Below are positions 7,901 through 14,885 of a DNA stretch of 41,079 nucleotides, piece after piece. The notes below the pieces were generated by a model. The model did not search any database. It worked only from the letters and a program-made list of their open reading frames with translations, and was not told the origin of the DNA. How positions within the stretch are numbered: position 1 is the stretch's first letter; every line of letters begins with the position of its first letter. Source of the stretch: Candidatus Caccoplasma sp. (GTDB lineage Bacteria > Bacteroidota > Bacteroidia > Bacteroidales > G3-4614); assembly GCA_045654605.1 (NCBI GenBank), contig JAZONU010000165.1:1-41079 (forward strand), given 5' to 3'. The translations under genes and the position numbers were made by a program.

Positions 7901-9162
7901 ACAATTTAGAAAAGTATAGGGAGTTTTATAATCAATTGACAGATTTGGCTAATTCTCAGCCAATATTACATAAGTCGGGCTTTATTAACATCAAGGCGAC
8001 AAGGAAAAACTATCAAGAGGCGCTTGAAGGCTATAGAAAACTCCTATCAGATGTAGATGCAGCAAGGGATGATCTTATCGAAAAGTTCAATAATAAAGAA
8101 CTTACCTTGGTTGATATGGAGAAAATCAAGGCTGAGTTGGCAGAACTTAAAAAGCAGATAATAGAAACATCAAGTGGCGCTCAAAATAAGCAGAAAGAAG
8201 AGGAAGAATCCAACATTGATAAGATTATGTCAGAGGTATCAATGTACACTTCTTATGGTCTGCAAACAATATCAAGCATATTTGATATGTTTTGGGCATT
8301 CCAAGATGCGGCATATGAGAAAGAAATGGAGCAGATCGACAAGGACATTGAGGCGTTGGAAAAGAAACTTAATGAACAAAAGGAACTTGTACAGAAATAT
8401 GTCTCCGATGTCAATAGTATTGAAGATGAACTTGCAACGGCAAGGGGTGATCGCCGGCAAGAACTGATTGATCAACTCAATACTCAAAAGGCTGCTGAAA
8501 GGGAGGCATTGGCCGAACAGAAACGCATTGAAAGGGAAAAGGAGAAACTTGAACGGAAACAAGAAGAACTTGAATTAGAGCAAAGGAAAAGGCAGCATGA
8601 GAGAGATATAGCACAAGCAATCGTAAATGCCGCAATGGCTGTTAGTTTTGCACTTGCAAACCATTGGCCAATGCCTGCAATTGCACTTGCATCAATGGCA
8701 GCAGTACAAGGCGCTGCACAAGTAGCAGCAGTTAAGGCTCAGAAATTTGCAAGCGGTGGTATAATCGAAGGTAAGTCCCATGCAGCCGGTGGCGTTAAGG
8801 TGTTGGGTGGCGCTGCTGAAGTAGAAGGTGGTGAATTCATTACCAATAAGTATACAACGGCTAAGAATGCACAGTTGCTTGAGTTTATCAACGGTAAGAA
8901 GAAAAAGATATACTTAGAAGATATGATTGATTTCTATACTGACGGTAGAATGAAGAAGAACATCATATCAGCATCACCAAATAGAAGGTATGCAGATGGT
9001 GGACAATTACCTACCCTTAGAACTGATATCAATATCAATAACCGTATATTGGATGCTATTGAGTCTGTTGCTAATCGTCCTTCATATGTGAGTGTGGTTG
9101 AAATAGAAGACGTATCACAGAGCATGAGAAGTGTAAGAGCGCAAGCAGGATTGACTGAGTGA
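4990..9162 (+). CDS. Tail tape measure protein
   Basis: 1390 aa, long coiled-coil K/E/Q-rich segments, hydrophobic segments (GIGVITAVVTAALSAI; AIVNAAMAVSFALANHWPMPAIALASMAA), and position after the chaperone. Confidence 0.9.
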   Translation: MASATKEYKIVINGLTESVSQVKALSSSLDALKAKIDALKSQTINVTANGNGGGNKTSELDQENKLLKQIEATERKISETRSDDYKELVRLKDELKQIKKQQDAAAASAKLMNNEYSRNTMAGMKEELKDILRVMDSLDVDSNEYKQLNQDAKELQETLRDLEAARSSFGRNVGNYTSAVDGFDKLKVAVGGTVYEFNSLREAETKLKNNLGVLIHNNKENTEQYQELEEAISKVIDAQKKLNSAIGDAKASSQTMDNMLDTFESIAAFGNAMGGIRAFFGFDDAQIQKSIQRLVALQSVLQGIEKIRQQMNTGEGLGKIFSIGSDAVDRFVAKLTGAEVTMEGLTKSSKAATTAVRLLSSALKMIGIGVITAVVTAALSAIQRLSEEQKNLINTSDILNAKMAVLNNTVETLKEQARSDYLKGVITEEEYLAKVYEAENRYLRENIKLWRQRSNESYSPLDNPLNGRLRKENGSGGYDYMSNLGIFSSKQVETGIKDLEDLEHRFNMLSNDLLEDSSIWEKAWEVIAHPKLNKRNLVNMMGNDIIVEYVNQIQKIDLNAKDAEKSIGSLYHRMQDSRAFQEAYANIDKIVPDEKLADNIKTIVDAFNELGKAAEKNTVDAAKALQQLNIDTMNDRGLGAYAKQRAELAKQEQDELMQYEHNEEVRNKIRDKYAKQRADIDLEETKAVRQAQNEISNYRIQAMKEGLAKQLAQLNQERKERIQQAQETGIAVGEKIKAIEELYNAQTLEAEKEWAEQMTEAYNEFWENIANTNFENAKANFKTQLEDLSKLLKEQTEQSQDRNFNGVDTSYPLRYSLRDKTNIENILGVSLDDQSTLLERYNEIMNASKTFYNEVLNLQTEYYNKSNEIQQESLMKQEEADKAAEEKRYNDLLTSIAKQEEAEMDGLVKDESYERKKKEIRDKYNNLSEAAEKAHINKLKSIEEEHRVESEKNEQTRIDGIQQSTNDYFQNNLEKYREFYNQLTDLANSQPILHKSGFINIKATRKNYQEALEGYRKLLSDVDAARDDLIEKFNNKELTLVDMEKIKAELAELKKQIIETSSGAQNKQKEEEESNIDKIMSEVSMYTSYGLQTISSIFDMFWAFQDAAYEKEMEQIDKDIEALEKKLNEQKELVQKYVSDVNSIEDELATARGDRRQELIDQLNTQKAAEREALAEQKRIEREKEKLERKQEELELEQRKRQHERDIAQAIVNAAMAVSFALANHWPMPAIALASMAAVQGAAQVAAVKAQKFASGGIIEGKSHAAGGVKVLGGAAEVEGGEFITNKYTTAKNAQLLEFINGKKKKIYLEDMIDFYTDGRMKKNIISASPNRRYADGGQLPTLRTDININNRILDAIESVANRPSYVSVVEIEDVSQSMRSVRAQAGLTE

Positions 9163-9175
9163 TAACTAATGAAAT

Positions 9176-9207
9176 GGGGGGTATCTATGATGGTATTCCC
9201 CTTTTTT
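9176..9207 (+). terminator. Rho-independent terminator
   Basis: GGGGGGTATC-tatgat-GGTATTCCCC (with G-U pairs) followed by TTTTTT. Confidence 0.75.
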
Positions 9208-9239
9208 GTTTATTATGAATATCAGTCCTTATAAAAAGG

Positions 9240-9247
9240 TATGTTTA
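9240..9247 (+). promoter_or_regulatory. TATGTTTA box
   Basis: 17 nt before the ATG at 9265. The track start 9241 lies inside the box and is therefore unlikely. Confidence 0.5.
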
Positions 9248-9264
9248 ATAAAAGGGTAATAGAA

Positions 9265-9561
9265 ATGAAAAACGAAAGTTGGTCAGATTTATCAGTTAAG
9301 GAAAAAGCAGCAATAATCTCAGCGATTGCAGCCTTTATCGTTGGTTGGGCATTGACCATAGCCGGTTTCTGTGTTTACCCACTTGGAGAAATCGCAGACA
9401 GTATATTATGGGTACTTGGGCAAGCACTTATCTATGCTGCAAGTGTCTTTGGGATAACATCATACTTTACATGTGAATCAAGACGCTTGAAACGGGACAT
9501 AACAGAGTTCGTTGAGAGAAGTATTGAAAGACAAAGCGAGCATGAATCAGAGAGCGAATAA
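9265..9561 (+). CDS. Holin-like small membrane protein
   Basis: Two hydrophobic helices (AAIISAIAAFIVGWALTIAGFCVY; SILWVLGQALIYAASVFGITSYF), a charged C-terminal tail, and location in the lysis cluster. Confidence 0.5.
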   Translation: MKNESWSDLSVKEKAAIISAIAAFIVGWALTIAGFCVYPLGEIADSILWVLGQALIYAASVFGITSYFTCESRRLKRDITEFVERSIERQSEHESESE

Positions 9562-10060
9562 CATTATAATAGGCATATTGCTTACACTTGCTGTTATACT
9601 ACTTATAACGGTTGGGCATTATAAGGGAAAGGTTAAGGATAAACCTCTCTCAGATACCCTTGTAACCGTACATTATGATACTGTTTACAATACAATATTT
9701 AAAGTAGTCGAAAAGCCCGTTTTAAGGCTCGTAGAGACGATAAAACATGATACGGTATATCAGTCCAACGATACCGTAATAACGCTTCCTATCGAAAGAA
9801 AAATATATAACGATACCATCATATGCGAAGAAGCAGACAGTGTCATATTGGAGAGTACTATAGTAGGCATAAATCCATCCTTAGAATCAATCAAAGCAAA
9901 GTTGAAAAGGCGAGAAATTCATCAAAGCACAGAGAAAATAATCACAAAGTACAAGGAAAAGAAAGGTTTTTATATCGCGCCTAATGCGTCAATTGGATAC
10001 GGTATATTCAGTAAACAGCCGGATATCTACCTTGGTGTGGGAATAGGATACAGATTTTAA
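9542..10060 (+). CDS. N-terminally membrane-anchored lysis-cluster protein (spanin-like candidate)
   Basis: The ATG at 9542 gives MNQRANNIIIGILLTLAVILLITV, a signal anchor. The C-terminus YLGVGIGYRF has alternating hydrophobic residues and a terminal Phe. Confidence 0.4.
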   Translation: MNQRANNIIIGILLTLAVILLITVGHYKGKVKDKPLSDTLVTVHYDTVYNTIFKVVEKPVLRLVETIKHDTVYQSNDTVITLPIERKIYNDTIICEEADSVILESTIVGINPSLESIKAKLKRREIHQSTEKIITKYKEKKGFYIAPNASIGYGIFSKQPDIYLGVGIGYRF

Positions 10061-10061
10061 T

Positions 10062-10247
10062 ATGGAAGAACAACATTACAAGGTAGACTTTTATACAGAC
10101 GATTGCGTCATGTACATTGCTGATGAGGGGTGGTATTTTACCGATATAACTGAGTTTTACAATTACGGTAGGATAATATATGACAGTCCAAAGGTTAAGT
10201 TCAGCAAGTATTATAAGGTTAAAAGAATATTAAAAGAGGATGAGTGA
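10062..10247 (+). CDS. Hypothetical small protein
   Basis: 61-aa ORF packed between lysis genes. It overlaps the endolysin start by 8 nt. Confidence 0.45.
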   Translation: MEEQHYKVDFYTDDCVMYIADEGWYFTDITEFYNYGRIIYDSPKVKFSKYYKVKRILKEDE

Positions 10248-10671
10248 GTACATTACAAAAAACTTTACCTATGATGAATTAACCGGTTCAACAGTAGCAA
10301 AGAGACTTGGACTTGACAATACACCATCTGAGGTAGAGAAGAAGAGGCTTGTAATGCTTGCAAATGAGGTGTTACAGCCGATCAGGGACGCATGGAAGAG
10401 CGCAATCATTGTCAATAGTGCATATCGCAGTGAAGAGGTAAATAAAGCCGTAGGAGGCGTTAAAAACAGTCAACATAGAAAAGGTGAGGCTGCTGATATA
10501 ACGGTTGGTAGTAAGGAAAGGAATAAGAAGTTATTCAATTTTATACAGAAGTTGATTAATAACGGTACAATAGAAGTTGGACAACTTATTGACGAATATC
10601 ATTATAGTTGGATACATGTATCACTACCAAGGTCGAATGCAATGAACAATCAGATACTACACTTAGGTTAA
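10240..10671 (+). CDS. Endolysin, peptidase M15-type (zinc D-Ala-D-Ala carboxypeptidase-like)
   Basis: SAYRSEEVNKAVGGVKNSQHRKGEAADI (H-x6-D) plus the downstream WIHVS His match the M15 metal-binding pattern. Confidence 0.85.
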   Translation: MSEYITKNFTYDELTGSTVAKRLGLDNTPSEVEKKRLVMLANEVLQPIRDAWKSAIIVNSAYRSEEVNKAVGGVKNSQHRKGEAADITVGSKERNKKLFNFIQKLINNGTIEVGQLIDEYHYSWIHVSLPRSNAMNNQILHLG

Positions 10672-10722
10672 GAATCATCGCTCGTTTATCTATATACATT
10701 TCGCTACACATTATGGACGGCA

Positions 10723-10756
10723 GAGGGATTAGACGGTGACTAATCCCTCATTTTTA
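10723..10756 (+). terminator. Rho-independent terminator
   Basis: Perfect 10-bp stem GAGGGATTAG/CTAATCCCTC, 7-nt loop, then ATTTTTA. Confidence 0.8.
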
Positions 10757-10774
10757 TGGGTATTTTTTGCTGAG

Positions 10775-10782
10775 TATGTTTA
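10775..10782 (+). promoter_or_regulatory. TATGTTTA box
   Basis: 18 nt after the terminator. It has the longest leader of the set, 53 nt to the ATG at 10836. Confidence 0.5.
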
Positions 10783-10835
10783 ATGTAAAAGGAATCAATC
10801 CTTTGTAATAATAAGATTAAAAAACAGAAATTAAT

Positions 10836-11786
10836 ATGGCATTAGCACAGACAAATTACATTGACGACAGTGGTCTCAATTATTGTGGTACTGAGGCTCA
10901 AGAAATATTCGCTAAGGATATTTACAACATCGACCTCAGACAGTACGGTATTACTTTCATCGACGGTCTGAAAGGCAAGCGCAAAATCTACATGGGTACT
11001 CCTGATGCTGCATGGCAAGCATACTCTTGTCCTTTTACTCCTGATGGTGAAGTTTCTCTTGCAGAGGCTGAAATTGAGCCGGTTGCAATAAAAGTTAACA
11101 AGGAGTTCTGTAGGAATGAATTTTGGGACAACTACCTTGTTGAACAAACTTCTATCACTTTAAACGGTGGTATTCCTCGTTCATTCTCTGAGTGGTATTT
11201 CGACATGTTGCGCAAGCAAATGGCAAAGGAATATCAGCAAATCTTTTGGCAGGGTGACGTTGACGCTTCAGGTTCTGTTCTTTCAGTAACTGATGGTGTT
11301 GAGAAGAAGTTGGTTGAAGATGGTGCAGAGGTTATTTCCGGTGCTGCTTTCACTGTTGATAACGCAATCTCTCAGGTAGAGGCTGTTATTATGGCAGGCA
11401 TCGAACTTGCTGCTACTGATGGTGTTGATACTGAAGGTTACAAGGTATTCATCAACCATGCAGATGCAAGGGTACTTGAGGTTGCTCTTGGTAAAGTTTG
11501 CTGCGGTAATTCAAGAGATCAGATCTTTGGTAACTACGCTCGCGAGAACGGACGTATCTTCATAATGGGTTATGAGGTTGTTCCATCAATGGTTAGCAAG
11601 TCAACCGTTATATTTGGTCCGGCTAAGAATCTTGTTCTTGGTTTCGATACTTATGACAGCCACTTGCAGTACAAGTTGATTTACATGATGGATACTACTC
11701 TTGATGACATGTACCGCGTTGCTGCTATCAGCAATATCGCTGTAGGTGTTGTATTCCCTGAACTCTTCGTAATCAGCAAACCTTAA
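10836..11786 (+). CDS. Putative major capsid protein
   Basis: 316 aa, no transmembrane segment, its own promoter box and a downstream terminator, and visibly restricted codon choice typical of highly expressed virion genes. There is no motif-level proof. Confidence 0.5.
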   Translation: MALAQTNYIDDSGLNYCGTEAQEIFAKDIYNIDLRQYGITFIDGLKGKRKIYMGTPDAAWQAYSCPFTPDGEVSLAEAEIEPVAIKVNKEFCRNEFWDNYLVEQTSITLNGGIPRSFSEWYFDMLRKQMAKEYQQIFWQGDVDASGSVLSVTDGVEKKLVEDGAEVISGAAFTVDNAISQVEAVIMAGIELAATDGVDTEGYKVFINHADARVLEVALGKVCCGNSRDQIFGNYARENGRIFIMGYEVVPSMVSKSTVIFGPAKNLVLGFDTYDSHLQYKLIYMMDTTLDDMYRVAAISNIAVGVVFPELFVISKP

Positions 11787-11818
11787 TAACTAATTAAAAG
11801 AAAGAAAGGATATAACAT

Positions 11819-12355
11819 ATGGCTATTTGTACACTTAATAGGGATCTTTTGAAAAGCACTTCATGCGGCTATTCACTCCCAACCATTACCGATATCTACC
11901 TTGCTAACTTTGAAGATGTAACCGCTACTGCTATTTCTGCAGGCACCGGTGCTTCTGCAGGTTGTGAGGAAGTAACGGGTATCACATTGGAGAGCGGTAC
12001 TACATTCTACCACATCGAGCCTGCAAAGGACTCTGTGACTTTCGCAGATGAACTGACTGTTGGTGATAGCGGTAATAAATATCGCGCTCAGAGCCTTACC
12101 TTCACTGTTAACGGTACTTACGATGCTTGCATGCATGGTGCATTGGACGCCCTTTCACTTGGACGTTACATTGCAGTTGTTAAGACTGCTGAAGGTTCTT
12201 ATTTGATGTTAGGTAGGGTTACCGGTGTTGAGGCTGAATCTGCTTCTATCAACGGTGGTGAAACTAACGGTTTGATTGTTACTTTGAGTGCAAACACTAC
12301 TGAGTCAGCACTTCCATTGTCTGCTGCTGCAATCGCAGTTGTTCTTGGTGACTAA
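11819..12355 (+). CDS. Abundant virion protein, major tail tube candidate
   Basis: 178 aa, A/G/T/S-rich. It shares a promoter-terminator unit with 10836..11786. Confidence 0.35.
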   Translation: MAICTLNRDLLKSTSCGYSLPTITDIYLANFEDVTATAISAGTGASAGCEEVTGITLESGTTFYHIEPAKDSVTFADELTVGDSGNKYRAQSLTFTVNGTYDACMHGALDALSLGRYIAVVKTAEGSYLMLGRVTGVEAESASINGGETNGLIVTLSANTTESALPLSAAAIAVVLGD

Positions 12356-12390
12356 TTCTAACACTACATAGATAACAATTCGGTTATCGA

Positions 12391-12419
12391 GGGGTACAGA
12401 ATCGCTGTACCCCTTTTTT
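12391..12419 (+). terminator. Rho-independent terminator
   Basis: GGGGTACAG-aatcg-CTGTACCCC followed by TTTTTT. Confidence 0.85.
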
Positions 12420-12431
12420 ATGGCCTCTGAG

Positions 12432-12439
12432 TATGTTTA
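12432..12439 (+). promoter_or_regulatory. TATGTTTA box
   Basis: 12 nt after the terminator and 18 nt before the ATG at 12458. Confidence 0.55.
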
Positions 12440-12457
12440 ATATAAAGACAAAGTGAA

Positions 12458-13009
12458 ATGCTTAAGGATATTGTTAACATAATAAAGAATGTTGCGTTAA
12501 GGCATAAAGGGGTGCGTACTTTCAGATATCAGTCAGATCTGCTGAATAATGCACAGAATAACTACGGTACATACCAAGTGTACCTTGATGATATCTCTCA
12601 TCATGCATTAAACATCACTACCAATATATTTAAGGTGGAGTTTGAAATGTATGTGCTTGCACAGCCAACAAAGGAACAAGACTCAATCCTTGATATACAG
12701 GATAACGCGTATACAATAGCGGTTAATATACTTGGATATTTAGATAACATGCCCGAATATCAAGGAATATTATCAGTATATGACTATGACATCATGACGC
12801 TTGCACATTATACAGATGATGACAGTGCCGGTGTTAGAATGAGCATTGTTTTGGCAGTGCCTTCACCTCTCAATCTCTGTACATTGGAGGATAACTTTAA
12901 CGATGAGCCATATGAGGAAGACGATGATGTTGATATAACCGTTGATGATAAAGAGATAGGCGATTTGCAGATAACTAAAATAAAACTCCCAAAGAATGAC
13001 AGATGTTAA
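12458..13009 (+). CDS. Head-tail joining or tail completion protein candidate
   Basis: 183 aa with an acidic C-terminus. The call rests on position between the capsid/tube genes and the tail genes. Confidence 0.35.
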   Translation: MLKDIVNIIKNVALRHKGVRTFRYQSDLLNNAQNNYGTYQVYLDDISHHALNITTNIFKVEFEMYVLAQPTKEQDSILDIQDNAYTIAVNILGYLDNMPEYQGILSVYDYDIMTLAHYTDDDSAGVRMSIVLAVPSPLNLCTLEDNFNDEPYEEDDDVDITVDDKEIGDLQITKIKLPKNDRC

Positions 13010-13496
13010 AGCACTTCTCAAAGGACTTGCTGAAGACATAAAGGCTGAGGTATTAAGACGCATGTCGAGTTCCATAGGTATTAATCCGAGAACCGGTACG
13101 AATACACTTGTGGGTAGCGACTTGTATAACAGTGTTAATACTACGGTTGATGGTGATAACACAATAGTCTTTTCAATCCTTCAGCATTGGGAGTATGTGG
13201 CATTGGGATGGAAGCATACAGGAAGATTTCCTGGTACAAAGCACTTATTCCTGCAGAATCTAAGTGATTGGATAGATAGGAAGAATGTACATTTAGGGAA
13301 CATGACCCACACACAGATGGTTTATGTTATATACCGTAAGATAAATATGGAAGGTATCAAGGCAAGACCCTTCCTAACATACGATCCACATGAAGACCCG
13401 TCTGTTATAATGCCTTTCTTGAATGATTTCTTCGATTCATTCGCTGATAAGGTATTCGATGAAATAACAAAAGAAATAGATAAGAAGTTTACATAA
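12996..13496 (+). CDS. Head-tail adaptor candidate (HK97 gp10-like)
   Basis: 166 aa. HWEYVALGW resembles the Y-x-x-x-E-x-G signature of gp10-type proteins. It overlaps the previous gene by 14 nt. Confidence 0.35.
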   Translation: MTDVKALLKGLAEDIKAEVLRRMSSSIGINPRTGTNTLVGSDLYNSVNTTVDGDNTIVFSILQHWEYVALGWKHTGRFPGTKHLFLQNLSDWIDRKNVHLGNMTHTQMVYVIYRKINMEGIKARPFLTYDPHEDPSVIMPFLNDFFDSFADKVFDEITKEIDKKFT

Positions 13497-13497
13497 A

Positions 13498-14880
13498 ATG
13501 GCAAGCATTACATATAACGGTTTATCAAGCCCTTCTCTGCTTACTTTCAGTGATATTCCTAATATATTGAAAGTCAGTGAGAATTTTACAGGCTCAAAAT
13601 CACAGATAACAATTAATGTTGTTGGTGGTAGTACAGCATTGGCAACCGGTAACAGCCAATATTACATTACAGTACTTGATGAGACAATAGAGAATGTTAT
13701 TGACTATTCTAACGCCACAGGAAGAAGGTTTTATATATCAGACACTGTAAGTACTGCTGTATCAATTGCAATGGCTCTTCGCAATTGTGGTAGCATCATG
13801 AGCGAGTGGGATATCACCTATTCCCAAAGTTCTGTCTATCTAAAGGCTAAGACATACGGTAGCAAACTTAATCGTACAAGTGTACTTGTAACAAATCTAC
13901 CTTCATCTGTGCTTACCTATTCACTGTATGACGGTTCACAAAGTTCAGACATGTTGGGTGGTAAGGTGATTGTAAAGGTTCTTCATGATGGTGCTGAGGT
14001 AACTGACATGACAAAGTATTGGTATGACAACTCTGTTGGATTCGATATATCACCCGTATTGCAGACGTTCCTTAATTATGGCAATGGTGAAAGATATTCG
14101 CTTCAGGTAGACGGTATATCAAATAATGGTCGTTATACCAATATTGGCAGCATTCCCGAACAGATTGCCACTTATGGTTATTATGCGAATGACAGTGAAA
14201 AGTACCTATCCATAAATAACAGGATATTACTCAACAATAAGGGACTATTCTATACATACAGCAATGTTATTCCATTAACGGTTATGTCGCCAAACCAAAG
14301 CGCAACCATTTCTTGGTCGGCATATACAAGCAACATGGTTCAGTTGGGAGGCGGAACATCCCCTGCAAGTCCCGTTAATGGTTATTTTGCTGACGTTACA
14401 GTGACAGTGCCGAATAGCATATTTACAGACTCATACATCGTTGATATTTCCTATGGTGGGGATACTATAAGGTTCAACGTTATAAAGCCTCTGAAGGCAG
14501 CAGAAGGGTATGTAAGGGTATATTGGAGAAATGAGTACGGTGGCATATCATTCTTTGACTTTACGGGACAAATGGCAGAGAGCAATAGCAACAGCATAGA
14601 GACATACAATGAGAATATCTATGGACTCTATGACGGTAGATATGAAGGAAAGCACATTTATCAGAATGAAGCAAAGACTTCTTATACCGTAACATCCCAA
14701 CTGCTTAAGAAGGGTGGAGAGTTATTTGCTCATTCACTCCTTAAGAGCAAAAAGTTATGGGTTAGGGAGAATAACAAGGACAAGGTTGTGATACCAAAGG
14801 GTGTTGATGTTTTAGAAATAGAGAATCAAAACGATGTATTTCAAGTTAGGTTCTCATATGAATACGGAGAAAATCTTTAA
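13498..14880 (+). CDS. Virion structural protein (distal tail protein candidate)
   Basis: 460 aa. It starts 1 nt after the previous stop and precedes the largest tail gene. Confidence 0.3.
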   Translation: MASITYNGLSSPSLLTFSDIPNILKVSENFTGSKSQITINVVGGSTALATGNSQYYITVLDETIENVIDYSNATGRRFYISDTVSTAVSIAMALRNCGSIMSEWDITYSQSSVYLKAKTYGSKLNRTSVLVTNLPSSVLTYSLYDGSQSSDMLGGKVIVKVLHDGAEVTDMTKYWYDNSVGFDISPVLQTFLNYGNGERYSLQVDGISNNGRYTNIGSIPEQIATYGYYANDSEKYLSINNRILLNNKGLFYTYSNVIPLTVMSPNQSATISWSAYTSNMVQLGGGTSPASPVNGYFADVTVTVPNSIFTDSYIVDISYGGDTIRFNVIKPLKAAEGYVRVYWRNEYGGISFFDFTGQMAESNSNSIETYNENIYGLYDGRYEGKHIYQNEAKTSYTVTSQLLKKGGELFAHSLLKSKKLWVRENNKDKVVIPKGVDVLEIENQNDVFQVRFSYEYGENL

Positions 14881-14885
14881 AAATC

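Noticed and set aside
9241-9264. ORF-track start codons at 9241, 17785, 38747, 37614, 1380, 2026, 4113 and 9512.
   Set aside because: These are the most upstream in-frame ATG or alternative (TTG/GTG) start codons in the ORF track. They fall inside a TATGTTTA box, a terminator T-run, a -7 box or the preceding gene. In-frame ATGs a few codons downstream (9265, 17821, 38798, 37593, 1404, 2029, 4125, 9542) fit the regulatory signals better.
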